Shown here one piece after another: positions 63,007 through 64,000 of a stretch of DNA of 64,000 nucleotides. Where the stretch lies: positions 61,752,001 through 61,816,000 of the forward strand of contig CM060732.1 in the NCBI GenBank assembly GCA_030704615.1, given 5' to 3'. The DNA is from Takakia lepidozioides. Its lineage: Eukaryota; Plantae; Bryophyta. A model generated the notes under the pieces. That model saw only the letters and a list, made by a program, of their open reading frames with translations. It searched no databases and had not been told where the DNA came from. A program made the translations under genes and the position numbers. Positions within the stretch are counted from its first letter, which is position 1, and every line of letters begins with the position of its first letter.

Positions 63007-64000
63007 GTTCATACTTGCTCGACATCATTTATGACCACACTCCCACCAGATCTCCTCCCCTCCACTCATCTCAGTCCCACGAGAGCATCCAGACAACGAT
63101 CCACAATGCCTAGAAATCCGAGCAACTATCTCCCGCCCCAGCCTTGACAAAAAGTAGCAACTTGTTAGTTAACCATGACCCCTTGTTTCCATACAGGGAA
63201 CCATAGACCATCTTACTCGGATTTTGCGTTCTGTGTTACAGAACTACCTCCACAAAGGTAATCTTGATGATTATTTATTTGATTTTGACAATTACCTCCA
63301 CAAAGGTAATCTTGATGAATTTTATTATTTACTTGACTTTAACAAGAAATAAAACCCATGGAATAGCCGGGTTCCAAGGGCAGCCCCAAGCGCCCTATTT
63401 ACATGGATCGCCCCATCATGTTCTCCTGGCCTGACTTTCAGCCTATTCATTACTGTTCATCCCATACCATGGCGGTAGACTGTTATATACGGCCTAACCT
63501 ATACTTGTTTGAGGTTATCCTAGAGCTTTGTGGCTGTATCTGGCCCCTTCATTAGTCTACGGGCCAGATCTGTTTGTAATCTAGGCACCCCGTGACATGC
63601 TGCCACGTGGGGGTATTGCCTCATCCTAGGTTTTGGGTATAAGCTTGTTCCTAACCTTGAGTCTGGGCCCTTCTTCACGTATGTACAACCTGGTGTACGA
63701 GCTTCTGGACGTGCTCTGTGAGCTTTGGATATGTGTGTTAGCTCTGCATATGCTATACGTGGGATCCTTTACATATTCATCTCTCTTCTCGTGCTGTAAA
63801 GCCCGCTCCTTCCGAGCTCTTATACCCCTAGTTTAACGTGCATTTGTGAGGATGGGAGAATCTCATTCAAGCACAAAATATGGTGGAGTCTTGTGGGTAG
63901 TGGCGGCTCCGCACGTATAGTGATTTTGCGCGGTTATCTCGGGTTCAATCTGGTTTTGGAAGAAAGCTTTTTGGCTTAAGAGGAAGTTGTGATGGCGGCG

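Noticed and set aside
63245-63318. 26-bp direct repeat
   Set aside because: Simple local duplication with no further structure.

Overview
Eukaryotic, TE-dense land-plant DNA. The short introns and TE families suggest a non-seed plant, but that is inference. The assembly has many indels and a 500-N gap at 6383-6882. 1-21.5 kb is a nest of LTR retrotransposons: a Copia element hosts a Met-PBS Gypsy (A, minus strand), whose gag is split by an Arg-PBS non-chromovirus Gypsy family (B) present in both orientations. B carries a ~1250-codon accessory ORF after integrase, an extra ORF 5' of gag, and ACAG-anchored ~10-bp repeat arrays. 21.9-28.1 kb is a decayed PIF/Harbinger containing an RNase H + restriction-like-endonuclease (RandI/Dualen-like) LINE, which itself contains a non-autonomous CACTA. 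Host genes: an NDR1/HIN1-like gene, a DUF1664-like intronless ORF, an intact 8-exon ChaC-type gamma-glutamylcyclotransferase (GGCT2) with a partial duplicate, and DnaJ20-like and ubiquitin pseudogenes. Best leads: (1) a LINE / mini-insertion / tRNA-SINE trio sharing a covarying two-hairpin RNA motif and 11-12 bp TSDs; (2) Gypsy B's accessory ORF preceded by its own copy of the LTR repeat array; (3) a TSD-less, LTR-mismatched insertion across which the host gag still joins up; (4) a TTAA piggyBac-type MITE; (5) an ATT-target (Pangu-like) Harbinger-related family.
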